Shown piece after piece: positions 36,981 through 45,212 of a DNA stretch of 64,000 nt (positions are counted from its first letter, which is position 1; each line of letters begins with the position of its first letter). Made by a program: the position numbers and the translations under genes. This stretch comes from a virus (taxonomy: Duplodnaviria; Caudoviricetes). Under the pieces are notes generated by a model. It was not told where the DNA came from, did no database searches, and saw nothing but the letters and a program-made list of their open reading frames with translations. The DNA lies in the IMG/VR virus record IMGVR_UViG_3300031555_002578. The stretch is one strand, 5' to 3'.

Positions 36981-37367
36981 TTATTTCAGTCTTGCTTTCA
37001 ACTGTTCAATAGACATATTGTGTAGTTCTTCATCCTCTTTCATTGCAATGATGCTCATAATCTTCTGATTTTCAGCCTTAATTTCTTTTTCTTTTTCTTT
37101 TGCTTCTTTTTCAGCCAATTTAGTAGCAACAATATATTTAATAATAGAAATCTGAACTGTTAGTGCTTCATCTTCTTTTGTTTTTGTTGCCAACAGAGAT
37201 TCTTCTTCTGCTGTTTTTGCCTTTTTATTCAGCACTTTAAAAATAGAATCCAGTTCTGTTACAGACAAATCCCACAGGTCTTCTACAGAGATTGTACCTT
37301 TATAGGGAAATCTCAGTTTATTTCTAACAGCATATTCAAATTTATTTTCCATAATCATATCCTCCAA
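36981..37367 (-). CDS. Coiled-coil hypothetical protein, partner of 37368-39419
   Basis: KLRFPYKG..SVEDLWDL; abuts the upstream gene. Confidence 0.8.
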   Translation of the reverse strand: MEDMIMENKFEYAVRNKLRFPYKGTISVEDLWDLSVTELDSIFKVLNKKAKTAEEESLLATKTKEDEALTVQISIIKYIVATKLAEKEAKEKEKEIKAENQKIMSIIAMKEDEELHNMSIEQLKARLK

Positions 37368-39419
37368 TTAAAATTTAATCTTCATAATGCGTTCAGTTTC
37401 ACCTTTAACTTTTACAACAAGTTCTGCACGTTTTGTAGTAGAGAAACCAAGACCACTCAACTGGTCATCTGTGTCTCTTACAGAACACATTGTTCCCAGT
37501 GCTTCAAGTGCCTGTCTGTGTACATTCCATTCTGCTCCAAGATATTCATTGAACATACCATTAGGATTTTCTGGATTTACGCAATCTTTCAGCATGAAGA
37601 AATAATGTTTATTGCCAATACCTGTCTGTTCATCCCAATAGTTAGGAGAAAGCATCAGCACAGATACAGGAACAAAATTATTTGTATCAATATTCCAAAT
37701 TTTCTGAGAATTATTTACACCTTCTAATTCTCTATCTAAAGAGAATTTACCATCTTTCAGTGTTACCTTTGCTACAGTAACTTTTTCGTTATCTCTTACA
37801 TTTTTACGATGTTCATAAGTATAAATTTCACCATCAAATTCAATTTCTGCTTTGAAACCATCCTTACCACCATTATGAGAAAAGCAATGGACAAACATAT
37901 GATATGTACCACTGTTCATTTTTGTTCTATCTGGATAAATAATGTTTTCTACAGCAGGAACATTCCTTCTAGGATTAATAATATCCACATCCAAAGTACC
38001 TTTAGATGGAGAAGGATGGTTTCTATTACCATAATAGATTTCATAATTCGTAGGTTCAACGCAATGTGCATCATAATCATTTGGATTATATGCATCTAAA
38101 TCATTCCACTGAATAGAGAATCTTAAATCACCATCTACTCTACCACCAGCCGCTTTTACTCTTTCTTTCATAGAACTGTCTGTAATATTGCCAGAGTAAG
38201 CCCAAGAGAAAGGGTTATCCCATTTTAACATAGATTTTGCTTCTGGATTAATAGAAGTAATCAGAGATACAAAATTAGATTTATGTTTGTTTTCAACATA
38301 TGCTTCAATTTCTCTTGCTGTAGGTAGAATTTCAGAAACAAATTTATCGATACTTACTTCTTCTACTTTAGAGAATTTCTTTGTTGTAGATTTAGTGTTC
38401 TTTGCCATCTGAGCAAAAATATCTCCATTTTCAATTCTCTTTGCAGAATCTTTATTAGAGAACAGGATATTGGATACTTTAATATCATCCAAGTTTGCAT
38501 GTCTTCTGGACAAGAATTCCATGAATCCACCTTCAACAATATCTTTTTTCAAAGCATCCAACTGTTTCTGAGTGAACAGACCTTTTGTTCTCTTATAATT
38601 TTCTGGAGCAACAATTCTTTCATACTTAGTTACGGCAACATCCAAAGATTCACCATTACTGATATCTGTCAGTAAAGTACCCATGCTATGATTACGAATT
38701 TTACCTACTGCATCACCAATTTTTGTTGCAGTCAACCATGCCCAGTTTGCTTTTTCATCCTCTGGAACAGTATCATATTCATTTTTATATTTTAAAAATT
38801 CTTCTAAAGCACCTTTCCATTCAGAACCACGATAAATAGAATTTGCATAAATCAATTCAAGAACAACCTTTACACTTTCTGTTGTGATTTCATCCAGAGA
38901 ACGTTTGAATACATTTCTTTTATCTCTAAATGTACCTTTTAGTTCTTCATTAGAATACCTTGTATTGTTAACTACATGTTTTGGCATATCAAAATAAAAG
39001 TGTTCCCATGTAATTGTTTTATCATCGACAACTTCATAGTTCTGTGGTGTACCAATTCTGGATTCTTTTGTATAGTAAATATCAGAAATTACATAAGATT
39101 TTACATATTCTGCCAGTGCATCAAACACAGGCTGATATGTTGTGTCCCCCAGTTCCACATCCCAAATTGTTACTAGTTTATTATCTACAACTGTAACTGC
39201 GTTACCAACACTTTTAATAAAGTGTCGGCAACAAGCACAATCATGTTCTCTGCGTTCCCTAAAAATTTCATTAGTTCCTTCGGGGAAACTGTCAAGATAC
39301 AGTTCCCACATAAATCCTTTGTCCAGATTAATGAAGAACAAAGGTGTATTGTCTTTTGTCATTTCTTTAAAATGCTCCTGCATTTTATCTCTCATTTCAC
39401 CAAAAGTCATATCATTCAC
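37368..39419 (-). CDS. Large hypothetical phage protein (683 aa)
   Basis: HDCACCRHF N-terminal motif; LRFSIQW..DYDAH..LDVD..VENI C-terminal beta domain. Confidence 0.85.
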   Translation of the reverse strand: MNDMTFGEMRDKMQEHFKEMTKDNTPLFFINLDKGFMWELYLDSFPEGTNEIFRERREHDCACCRHFIKSVGNAVTVVDNKLVTIWDVELGDTTYQPVFDALAEYVKSYVISDIYYTKESRIGTPQNYEVVDDKTITWEHFYFDMPKHVVNNTRYSNEELKGTFRDKRNVFKRSLDEITTESVKVVLELIYANSIYRGSEWKGALEEFLKYKNEYDTVPEDEKANWAWLTATKIGDAVGKIRNHSMGTLLTDISNGESLDVAVTKYERIVAPENYKRTKGLFTQKQLDALKKDIVEGGFMEFLSRRHANLDDIKVSNILFSNKDSAKRIENGDIFAQMAKNTKSTTKKFSKVEEVSIDKFVSEILPTAREIEAYVENKHKSNFVSLITSINPEAKSMLKWDNPFSWAYSGNITDSSMKERVKAAGGRVDGDLRFSIQWNDLDAYNPNDYDAHCVEPTNYEIYYGNRNHPSPSKGTLDVDIINPRRNVPAVENIIYPDRTKMNSGTYHMFVHCFSHNGGKDGFKAEIEFDGEIYTYEHRKNVRDNEKVTVAKVTLKDGKFSLDRELEGVNNSQKIWNIDTNNFVPVSVLMLSPNYWDEQTGIGNKHYFFMLKDCVNPENPNGMFNEYLGAEWNVHRQALEALGTMCSVRDTDDQLSGLGFSTTKRAELVVKVKGETERIMKIKF

Positions 39420-39424
39420 GCCCC

Positions 39425-41698
39425 TTAAATATTATTTTCTAAATCATCCATTACCATATTATAATTATGAATCATTGTTTCTGAATCTGCCCCAAATTTC
39501 CATTTATTAATCCATGTTGGCAGATATTCAAGATATTCTTTCTCACTGATATCATCTTCATTATCCATTAAGTAAGCAACGCTACTTACAAGCACTGGAA
39601 TGTTTGATTCACTCAATACTTCTGGATTCTCAATAACTCTATCTGTATAATCAACTAACATATCACAAAGAACAGTAATATATTCCATTGTTTCTTCTTC
39701 AATGAATTCATCTTCAATATATTCCTGCATAGCATCATGACTAATATCTTCTTTTTTATTAATAAGCATCATCGTCTGAATTGCTACTTTAATTAAAGAG
39801 GTTTCATCCATATCAATGCTATTCATTAGTCTTGTTTTTGAAAACTTCTCAACATAATCGCACCAGTTTGAATCTAACACAAAAGTATCTTCGTCATCAC
39901 TATAACCGTCAAAATACATTTTCATTAAAGTTTCCAGATGTTTTACTTTTCTCTGTAATACACTGTTGTCTTTTGTGCTTTTATTTCCGATTGTATTATA
40001 AGTAAATCCGTCAATTTCTGTTTCGCTTAATTCTTCATTAAATGCTTTAATGAATTCTACAAATTGTTCATCAGTAATACCGTATTTACTACATTTATTA
40101 AATAATGCAAACCAAATCTTAGAATGAGTAGAATTAAATACCTTTTCTGTTTCCTCATTTGCAACTTTACTAATTCTTTCAACTAAAGAAATAAAGTTAG
40201 CGTAGGTATCTTCTCTCACTTCTTCTGCAAAATTTTTGCAAGTCACACCGAATTCTTTATTATATTTATCGGGGAAATATGTAAGCATAATACTATCAGT
40301 AACGATTCTACGCATTTCACCTTTCAACTTATTGTTGTTGGTGTAATTAGAACCGACAAAATCTGTTTTAAAAAACTGCATTTCATCAATAATTCTATCG
40401 ATATAAAATGCACAACTTTCATCCATCTCTGTCCAACCATTCTGAGATTTATTCATTGGTCTAGCCCTGTTGAATCTTGCGATATCATAGGCAATCTCAA
40501 TTCTGTCACAGTTCAGATTCATTAATACTGGAATAGGATAATCAAGAATACTTTCCTGTAACTCCTGTGGCAACTGAAAGAATTTTTTACCTCTTACATC
40601 AAAAGTTTTTTCTTCATAAACAGGATTTCCATATTCATCACAACAAATTTCTCCATCTTTTGTCTTTTTTGTAGTCTGATATACAATAAATGGACGCTGA
40701 ACTTTTTTGCTAATAGCAAAATCACCCGCACAGAAAGAATCAATATTATTGCATCTCTGTTTGCCATCAATTAGCCAACGATAAATTAATCCATCTCTGA
40801 TTTCCTCAGACACAATAATCTGAGTAAGTGCTTTGCCCCACATCATATCTACCATTAATTCACTTTTTTCAAAACTATTCCACATGCCAGAATATCTCTG
40901 TAATAAATGGTCATCTCTCCATTCTCTGTTTTTTAATTTTTTTCGCATAGAAGATACAGAGATATTAGTGTCTTTAGTTTTTTCTGATGTGTTCGGTAAA
41001 CTGCTCATGATATCATCTCCTTTTTTCGTACTAAATCCAGAACCATTTCTGCGTAAAATTTTTAATCGTTCATAGGATTTAATTTCCTTTAACTGTAGTT
41101 CATATTGTTTTCTTGTAATTCCTAAAGCATCTTGAATTTCTTGTCCAGTCATGTCTTCCATTTTCATTCTTAGAATTTTATTCTGCAAATCAGATAAACT
41201 AGATAGAAACTTTTCAATATGTTCATCTAGGAATTGATTATTTAATTCTGACGATTCAAAGAAATCTAAACCATCAGATTGATTACATAAAAAATCTCCG
41301 ATTGTAAAAGATTCATCTTCGCCAATCGGAGTTTCTATAGATACTGTTTGGAGATAGTGTACATCCCCATTGTCATCTACAATGCGAGAACTTCGTTTCT
41401 CTGCATTCCTGTACTTGATATTATCTATAATAGCAAGTTTGATTGCACGATAAATGTAACCTTCAAAATTACCTTTTGTTTTATCATATGTAGGTCTGTC
41501 AGCCCTTGGATTTTTAATGGAATCTAAAATGTCTGAAATAGTGTCACCTGCGATAGAGTAAAAATCATCTCTATCTTTTCCAGATATTCCACCATATTTT
41601 GCAATCATTTTGTCAACCATTCGTTGCAATTTGTAGGCATTATCTTTATATAATTCATATATATAATTTTGCATACCTACATCTATTACTCCATCCAT
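39425..41698 (-). CDS. Sigma-70-like N-terminal region fused to a DUF262 (ParB-superfamily)-like domain
   Basis: YDKTKGNFEGYI, SIETPIG and a region-4-like HTH (MTGQEIQDALGIT); then QR..W, LIDGKQR and RFN motifs. Confidence 0.65.
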   Translation of the reverse strand: MDGVIDVGMQNYIYELYKDNAYKLQRMVDKMIAKYGGISGKDRDDFYSIAGDTISDILDSIKNPRADRPTYDKTKGNFEGYIYRAIKLAIIDNIKYRNAEKRSSRIVDDNGDVHYLQTVSIETPIGEDESFTIGDFLCNQSDGLDFFESSELNNQFLDEHIEKFLSSLSDLQNKILRMKMEDMTGQEIQDALGITRKQYELQLKEIKSYERLKILRRNGSGFSTKKGDDIMSSLPNTSEKTKDTNISVSSMRKKLKNREWRDDHLLQRYSGMWNSFEKSELMVDMMWGKALTQIIVSEEIRDGLIYRWLIDGKQRCNNIDSFCAGDFAISKKVQRPFIVYQTTKKTKDGEICCDEYGNPVYEEKTFDVRGKKFFQLPQELQESILDYPIPVLMNLNCDRIEIAYDIARFNRARPMNKSQNGWTEMDESCAFYIDRIIDEMQFFKTDFVGSNYTNNNKLKGEMRRIVTDSIMLTYFPDKYNKEFGVTCKNFAEEVREDTYANFISLVERISKVANEETEKVFNSTHSKIWFALFNKCSKYGITDEQFVEFIKAFNEELSETEIDGFTYNTIGNKSTKDNSVLQRKVKHLETLMKMYFDGYSDDEDTFVLDSNWCDYVEKFSKTRLMNSIDMDETSLIKVAIQTMMLINKKEDISHDAMQEYIEDEFIEEETMEYITVLCDMLVDYTDRVIENPEVLSESNIPVLVSSVAYLMDNEDDISEKEYLEYLPTWINKWKFGADSETMIHNYNMVMDDLENNI

Positions 41699-41712
41699 CG
41701 GCTTAACCCCCT

Positions 41713-42342
41713 TTATATGTTAAACAACTCTGCCTTTTGTCTTGGGTTATACTTTCTTTTATCTAAAGCAGAAATTTGTTTTTTAATATCCTCAGAAACA
41801 ACTTTTCCTACTTCTTTATCTAAGATAATATTTAATACAGTTAGTTCGTTTTTAATGGAACGTCTTTTAATCATAATCTTTTTAAGTCTTGCATATGCTT
41901 GGTATCCTTGATAAGCATTACAGTTCACAAGTTCAATATAGTGTTCTTCGTCAGATTTCTCTTGGTCTATAACACTTAATTGTTTTCTTAATTCTTCTCT
42001 ACGTTTACTTGCTTCATCAGCCAATCCATTTAGTTCTTCTAACTTGGTTAGCCATTGAGAAACATAATCCGTTTCCATTACCTTTTCAGTATTTTCATTT
42101 AACTGTTCATTAGTTAATGCTTTTACTTCTTTGGGGTCTGCAACAATTACTTGCTGTACTCTAAATATCTTTTTTAAAGGTTTTGGCAAACAGTTTTTAA
42201 GAATATTTTCTGCTTGAACTTTTGTGTAATGTTCTGCCATAGATTCCCCATATGAGGGAACATATTTTCCTTGATGATTACGAAATATAAAACGTTGACC
42301 ATCTGTTAGTATGTAATTTTTTATTTGCGTAATGATAACCAC
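41713..42342 (-). CDS. Hypothetical coiled-coil protein
   Basis: 209-aa ORF directly downstream of the RNA cluster. Confidence 0.8.
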   Translation of the reverse strand: MVIITQIKNYILTDGQRFIFRNHQGKYVPSYGESMAEHYTKVQAENILKNCLPKPLKKIFRVQQVIVADPKEVKALTNEQLNENTEKVMETDYVSQWLTKLEELNGLADEASKRREELRKQLSVIDQEKSDEEHYIELVNCNAYQGYQAYARLKKIMIKRRSIKNELTVLNIILDKEVGKVVSEDIKKQISALDKRKYNPRQKAELFNI

Positions 42343-42367
42343 ATCCTATCTTCCTGTAATTAAGGAG

Positions 42368-42449
42368 TGGAGAAAGAACGACTTGAACGCTCAACTTGGC
42401 AACATATAATCTTCCAAACGCCATGTTTTACCAGTTAAACTACTTCCCC
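42368..42449 (-). tRNA. Atypical tRNA: UGG (Pro) triplet inside a 17-nt anticodon loop; G3-U70/A73 acceptor
   Basis: GGGGAAG/TTTCTCC acceptor, GTTT/AAAC D-stem, TGGCG/TGCCA stem around TTTGGAAGATTATATGT, GAGCG-TTCAAGT-CGTTC T-arm. Confidence 0.75.
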
Positions 42450-42550
42450 ATATTGGGCAGATTCTACTGCCCAAAGACTACAGAAAGGAACTACTAGATG
42501 AAAAACAAGAGATTTTACCTAGTATTTTATCGGGTCATCACTCCGACAAA

Positions 42551-42722
42551 GGCAAGATGCATGGAATTGAACCATTCTTAGTGTTTGTGGGCAACCATGT
42601 TTTCTTCAAAATATTGAGCCTACCCTAAAGAAAAGAAGGTTCACACCTCTCTTTCTTAATGGTAGATAAATAATTTAAATACTATTGATTCACTAAGAGC
42701 CTACCGTACAAGGCACATTTGC
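42551..42722 (-). ncRNA. tRNA-like RNA with a 107-nt insert replacing the anticodon loop
   Basis: GCAAATG/CATCTTGC acceptor, GCCT/AGGC D-stem, TCTTAGTG/CACTAAGA stem, ATGG-TTCAATT-CCAT T-arm. Confidence 0.7.
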
Positions 42723-42933
42723 TTAGTTTATGCCAACCAATCCTCACAGACATAAACATGACCACCTTCTATACACTGTGGTCTTCCCCATCCGTGTTTC
42801 CAAAAAAGAATATAAATGACATTTCCATACAGAAACATCGTATCACCTCAACACATGACGGAATTGAAGTGTTGAGATTTTCAACTGTGGCTAACAGTTG
42901 TTGCATAGATGCCGACAAAACATCTGTGCGTAA

Positions 42934-43006
42934 AGTCGGTAACGAGGGTCGAACTCGCAATCCCCAGAGTGGAAGTCTGGTGTGTTAACCATTACACTAT
43001 ACCGAC
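42934..43006 (-). tRNA. tRNA-Gly(UCC)
   Basis: Canonical cloverleaf, CCAGA-CTTCCAC-TCTGG, U73; no encoded CCA. Confidence 0.9.
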
Positions 43007-43274
43007 TTAGAGATAGCGGAGAGAACAAAACCAACACTGTCCTCTCCAAGAATCAATACAAATGATAAGAGGTTAGGTTATTAAAAATAGAAACCGTAAT
43101 AACCTATTAAGGAATTTAAAATTTTAGATTAACAATTAGACTTTGGGCTTACACTGTGCTGACCAGTGTGGATAGTAACCGTACTCAGCCCATGTTACTG
43201 ACGGGGCAGATACCGTCAGTATAAAATAAAAGGATTGAAACAAGAAAGTTAATTAGGCAACACTTTCTGTTTAA

Positions 43275-43357
43275 GGGGCAGTCCTTGAATCGAACAAAGG
43301 TTAAGCCATATATACATTCGTGGTAGTTGTGGTGGAAATGTATACTTTCTTCTGCCC
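43275..43357 (-). ncRNA. tRNA-like RNA lacking a D-stem, with an 18-nt C-rich loop
   Basis: GGGCAG/CTGCCC acceptor, TATACATT/AATGTATA stem, CCTTTG-TTCGATT-CAAGG T-arm. Confidence 0.6.
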
Positions 43358-43441
43358 ATAATGTGATAATCTTTTACACCAAAGACTATCACAAACATTT
43401 TAGAGGAACTACAATGAATTTCATTTAGAATCCGTTGTATA

Positions 43442-43603
43442 GGCATAGTGAAGGAATCGAACCTTCTTAATAGGATAAACACTAAAACGAGGTTTTTATT
43501 TCTAAAGGAATGATATGTACAAAATGCTAAATCATAAAGGAAAGATGATTTTATTCAGTGTGAGTAATAGTGATTTATGCATTTATCCTACTCCATTCTA
43601 TGC
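43442..43603 (-). ncRNA. tRNA-like RNA with a 12-bp stem and 96-nt insert
   Basis: GCATAG/CTATGC acceptor, TAGGATAAATGC/GTGTTTATCCTA stem, GAAGG-TTCGATT-CCTTC T-arm. Confidence 0.72.
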
Positions 43604-43720
43604 ATATTATATAGAATAGGCTGAAAGATTAATTGCCGTTGTAATATATTTGCAGATACATTACGAATCCAACAACCTATTCTATATGGAAGGGGTACAA
43701 TCATGAAATGACTTCCGATG

Positions 43721-43867
43721 ATGAGAAGTTGGGGAATCGAACCCCAAATAAAACAAATTTTCACGATGTTTGCCTACAATGTGGAGTACATTATCCAGAA
43801 TCAGATTAACGAGGATGTACTTAGACGGGTATTGCAGATTGTTTTTATTTTCCTACATACTTCTCAT
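43721..43867 (-). ncRNA. tRNA-like RNA with a structured insert
   Basis: ATGAGAAGT/ACTTCTCAT acceptor, AATAAAAACAA/TTGTTTTATT stem, TGGGG-TTCGATT-CCCCA T-arm. Confidence 0.72.
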
Positions 43868-43878
43868 ATTATATAAGT

Positions 43879-44339
43879 TACCCACCGTTTATCAGCCTTG
43901 CAGATGCTTACGGACAATATCATTACTCCAAACTGTAACTCAAGGATTTTGTAAAACGTTTTTCTTTATCGGGACTATAAGAAACCAACATCATCATAAA
44001 TTGAGTACATACTATATTCCAAATTAAATCATTAAACAATCTTTTAATAGAATATAAGTCCCTTCTTTGCACTTTTAACTTTATTATTTAGAACTGAACT
44101 TTGAGCATTGAACTTTAATTCTTTAAACCTTGAACATTGAACTTTACAGTGCATTAGAATCCGTTTCTATAACGGGAATATAATTTCATCTTGTAAAATA
44201 TGTAATATGTTTTTAAGAATAATGCCTTAACAGGGCAGTTCTTGATAATATCGGATTTTATTTATCTTTTTACATTGGTCTACTTTCCGATTAAAAGACA
44301 AATGAATGATAGTTAAAAGTTTCCGATAAACGATGGATA
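43879..44339 (-). ncRNA. ~460-nt structured RNA with an internal heptamer-repeat tract
   Basis: TATCCATCGTTTATCGG (44339-44323) pairs over 17 bp with CTGATAAACGGTGGGTA (43895-43879), using G-U pairs available only on the minus strand; no credible ORF. Confidence 0.75.
44065..44145 (-). repeat. ~11 degenerate tandem 7-mers, consensus AAAGTTC
   Basis: AAAGTTC AATGTTC AAGGTTT AAAGAATT AAAGTTC AATGCTC AAAGTTC AGTTCT AAATAAT AAAGTTA AAAGTGC. Confidence 0.85.
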
Positions 44340-44363
44340 TTTTTATTTAGTTAGAAACACTTA

Positions 44364-45008
44364 TCAATAAGTAAATTCGATTTCTGTCAGAGAATTGCTC
44401 ACAGACAGAGCAGAATCAATTTCAACGAGGAAATCATTGATTTTTGTTTCCAGTTCTCTAATTTTATCAACGATTTTAATTTCATCAATAAAATCATAAG
44501 AATTCTGTTCAATGTATTCTTTTTTAGCCAGAGAAGCATTTTCGCCTTTCTTAGCATCTTCATTAGAACCATACATTTCTACAATGTATTTTTCTGCTTT
44601 TCTTTCCAGTTCATCACCATTTCTCATAGTGATAGTATTCTGTTCTTTATGATACTGTTTTTTCAGTTCTGCCAGAAGGTACTGGTCATACTCAACGCCA
44701 TGATTTTTCATCTCAATGGCTTCTGCAACAGTACATTCAATATCATTGATTTTTACCATTGTAACTGCATTGGACAGAACCAGTGCTTTTTTCATGGCAT
44801 TTCTTCTTTTGATTAGAGAAGTTGCTCTGTCATAATCACCTTGCATTTTTGCTCTGTAATCTGTCAGAGTAATGCCAGAAATCTTCATATTAGAATGTTT
44901 GTTTGCAATACAGTATTTACCTGTATCGATTGCATCAATGATTCTTTTATCCATTGTTTTCAGTTCCGCTAAACATTTGTGTACGGACATTCTTTCAGTT
45001 GTAGCCAT
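44364..45008 (-). CDS. All-helical coiled-coil protein embedded in the RNA cluster (start MATTERM at 45008)
   Basis: AGGAG RBS 9 nt upstream; SVHKCLAELK, LSNAVT, TVAEAIEMK and EIDSALSVSNSLT suggest an internally duplicated helical repeat reminiscent of DIP1984-like proteins. Confidence 0.85.
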   Translation of the reverse strand: MATTERMSVHKCLAELKTMDKRIIDAIDTGKYCIANKHSNMKISGITLTDYRAKMQGDYDRATSLIKRRNAMKKALVLSNAVTMVKINDIECTVAEAIEMKNHGVEYDQYLLAELKKQYHKEQNTITMRNGDELERKAEKYIVEMYGSNEDAKKGENASLAKKEYIEQNSYDFIDEIKIVDKIRELETKINDFLVEIDSALSVSNSLTEIEFTY

Positions 45009-45051
45009 AATTAACATCTCCTTTTAAATTTTGATTTTTGAATTTTAATGA

Positions 45052-45126
45052 AAAATCGTACTGGGAATCGAACCCAGTGTTCCTGCTGTGAAAAGAGCAG
45101 AGCCTTTACCTCTTGGCTAACGATTA
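45052..45126 (-). tRNA. tRNA-Glu-like with an 8-nt anticodon loop (CUUUUCAC) and 6-bp T-stem
   Basis: CTGCT-CTTTTCAC-AGCAG; ACTGGG-TTCGATT-CCCAGT; AATCGT/ACGATT acceptor. Confidence 0.75.
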
Positions 45127-45212
45127 CTTTGCCATCGTCATGGCTATCTCAGTTCCCACACTGAGATATTTTACAGGCATAAGTCTATCATTTGAGTGAT
45201 AGTTATGTATGT

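Noticed and set aside
43275-43867. tmRNA
   Set aside because: Units are only 83-162 nt, lack the G3-U70 GGGG 5' signature and show no convincing tag reading frame
44065-44145. CRISPR array
   Set aside because: 7-nt tandem units without spacers; no cas genes and no 25-45 nt direct repeats noticed anywhere in the window
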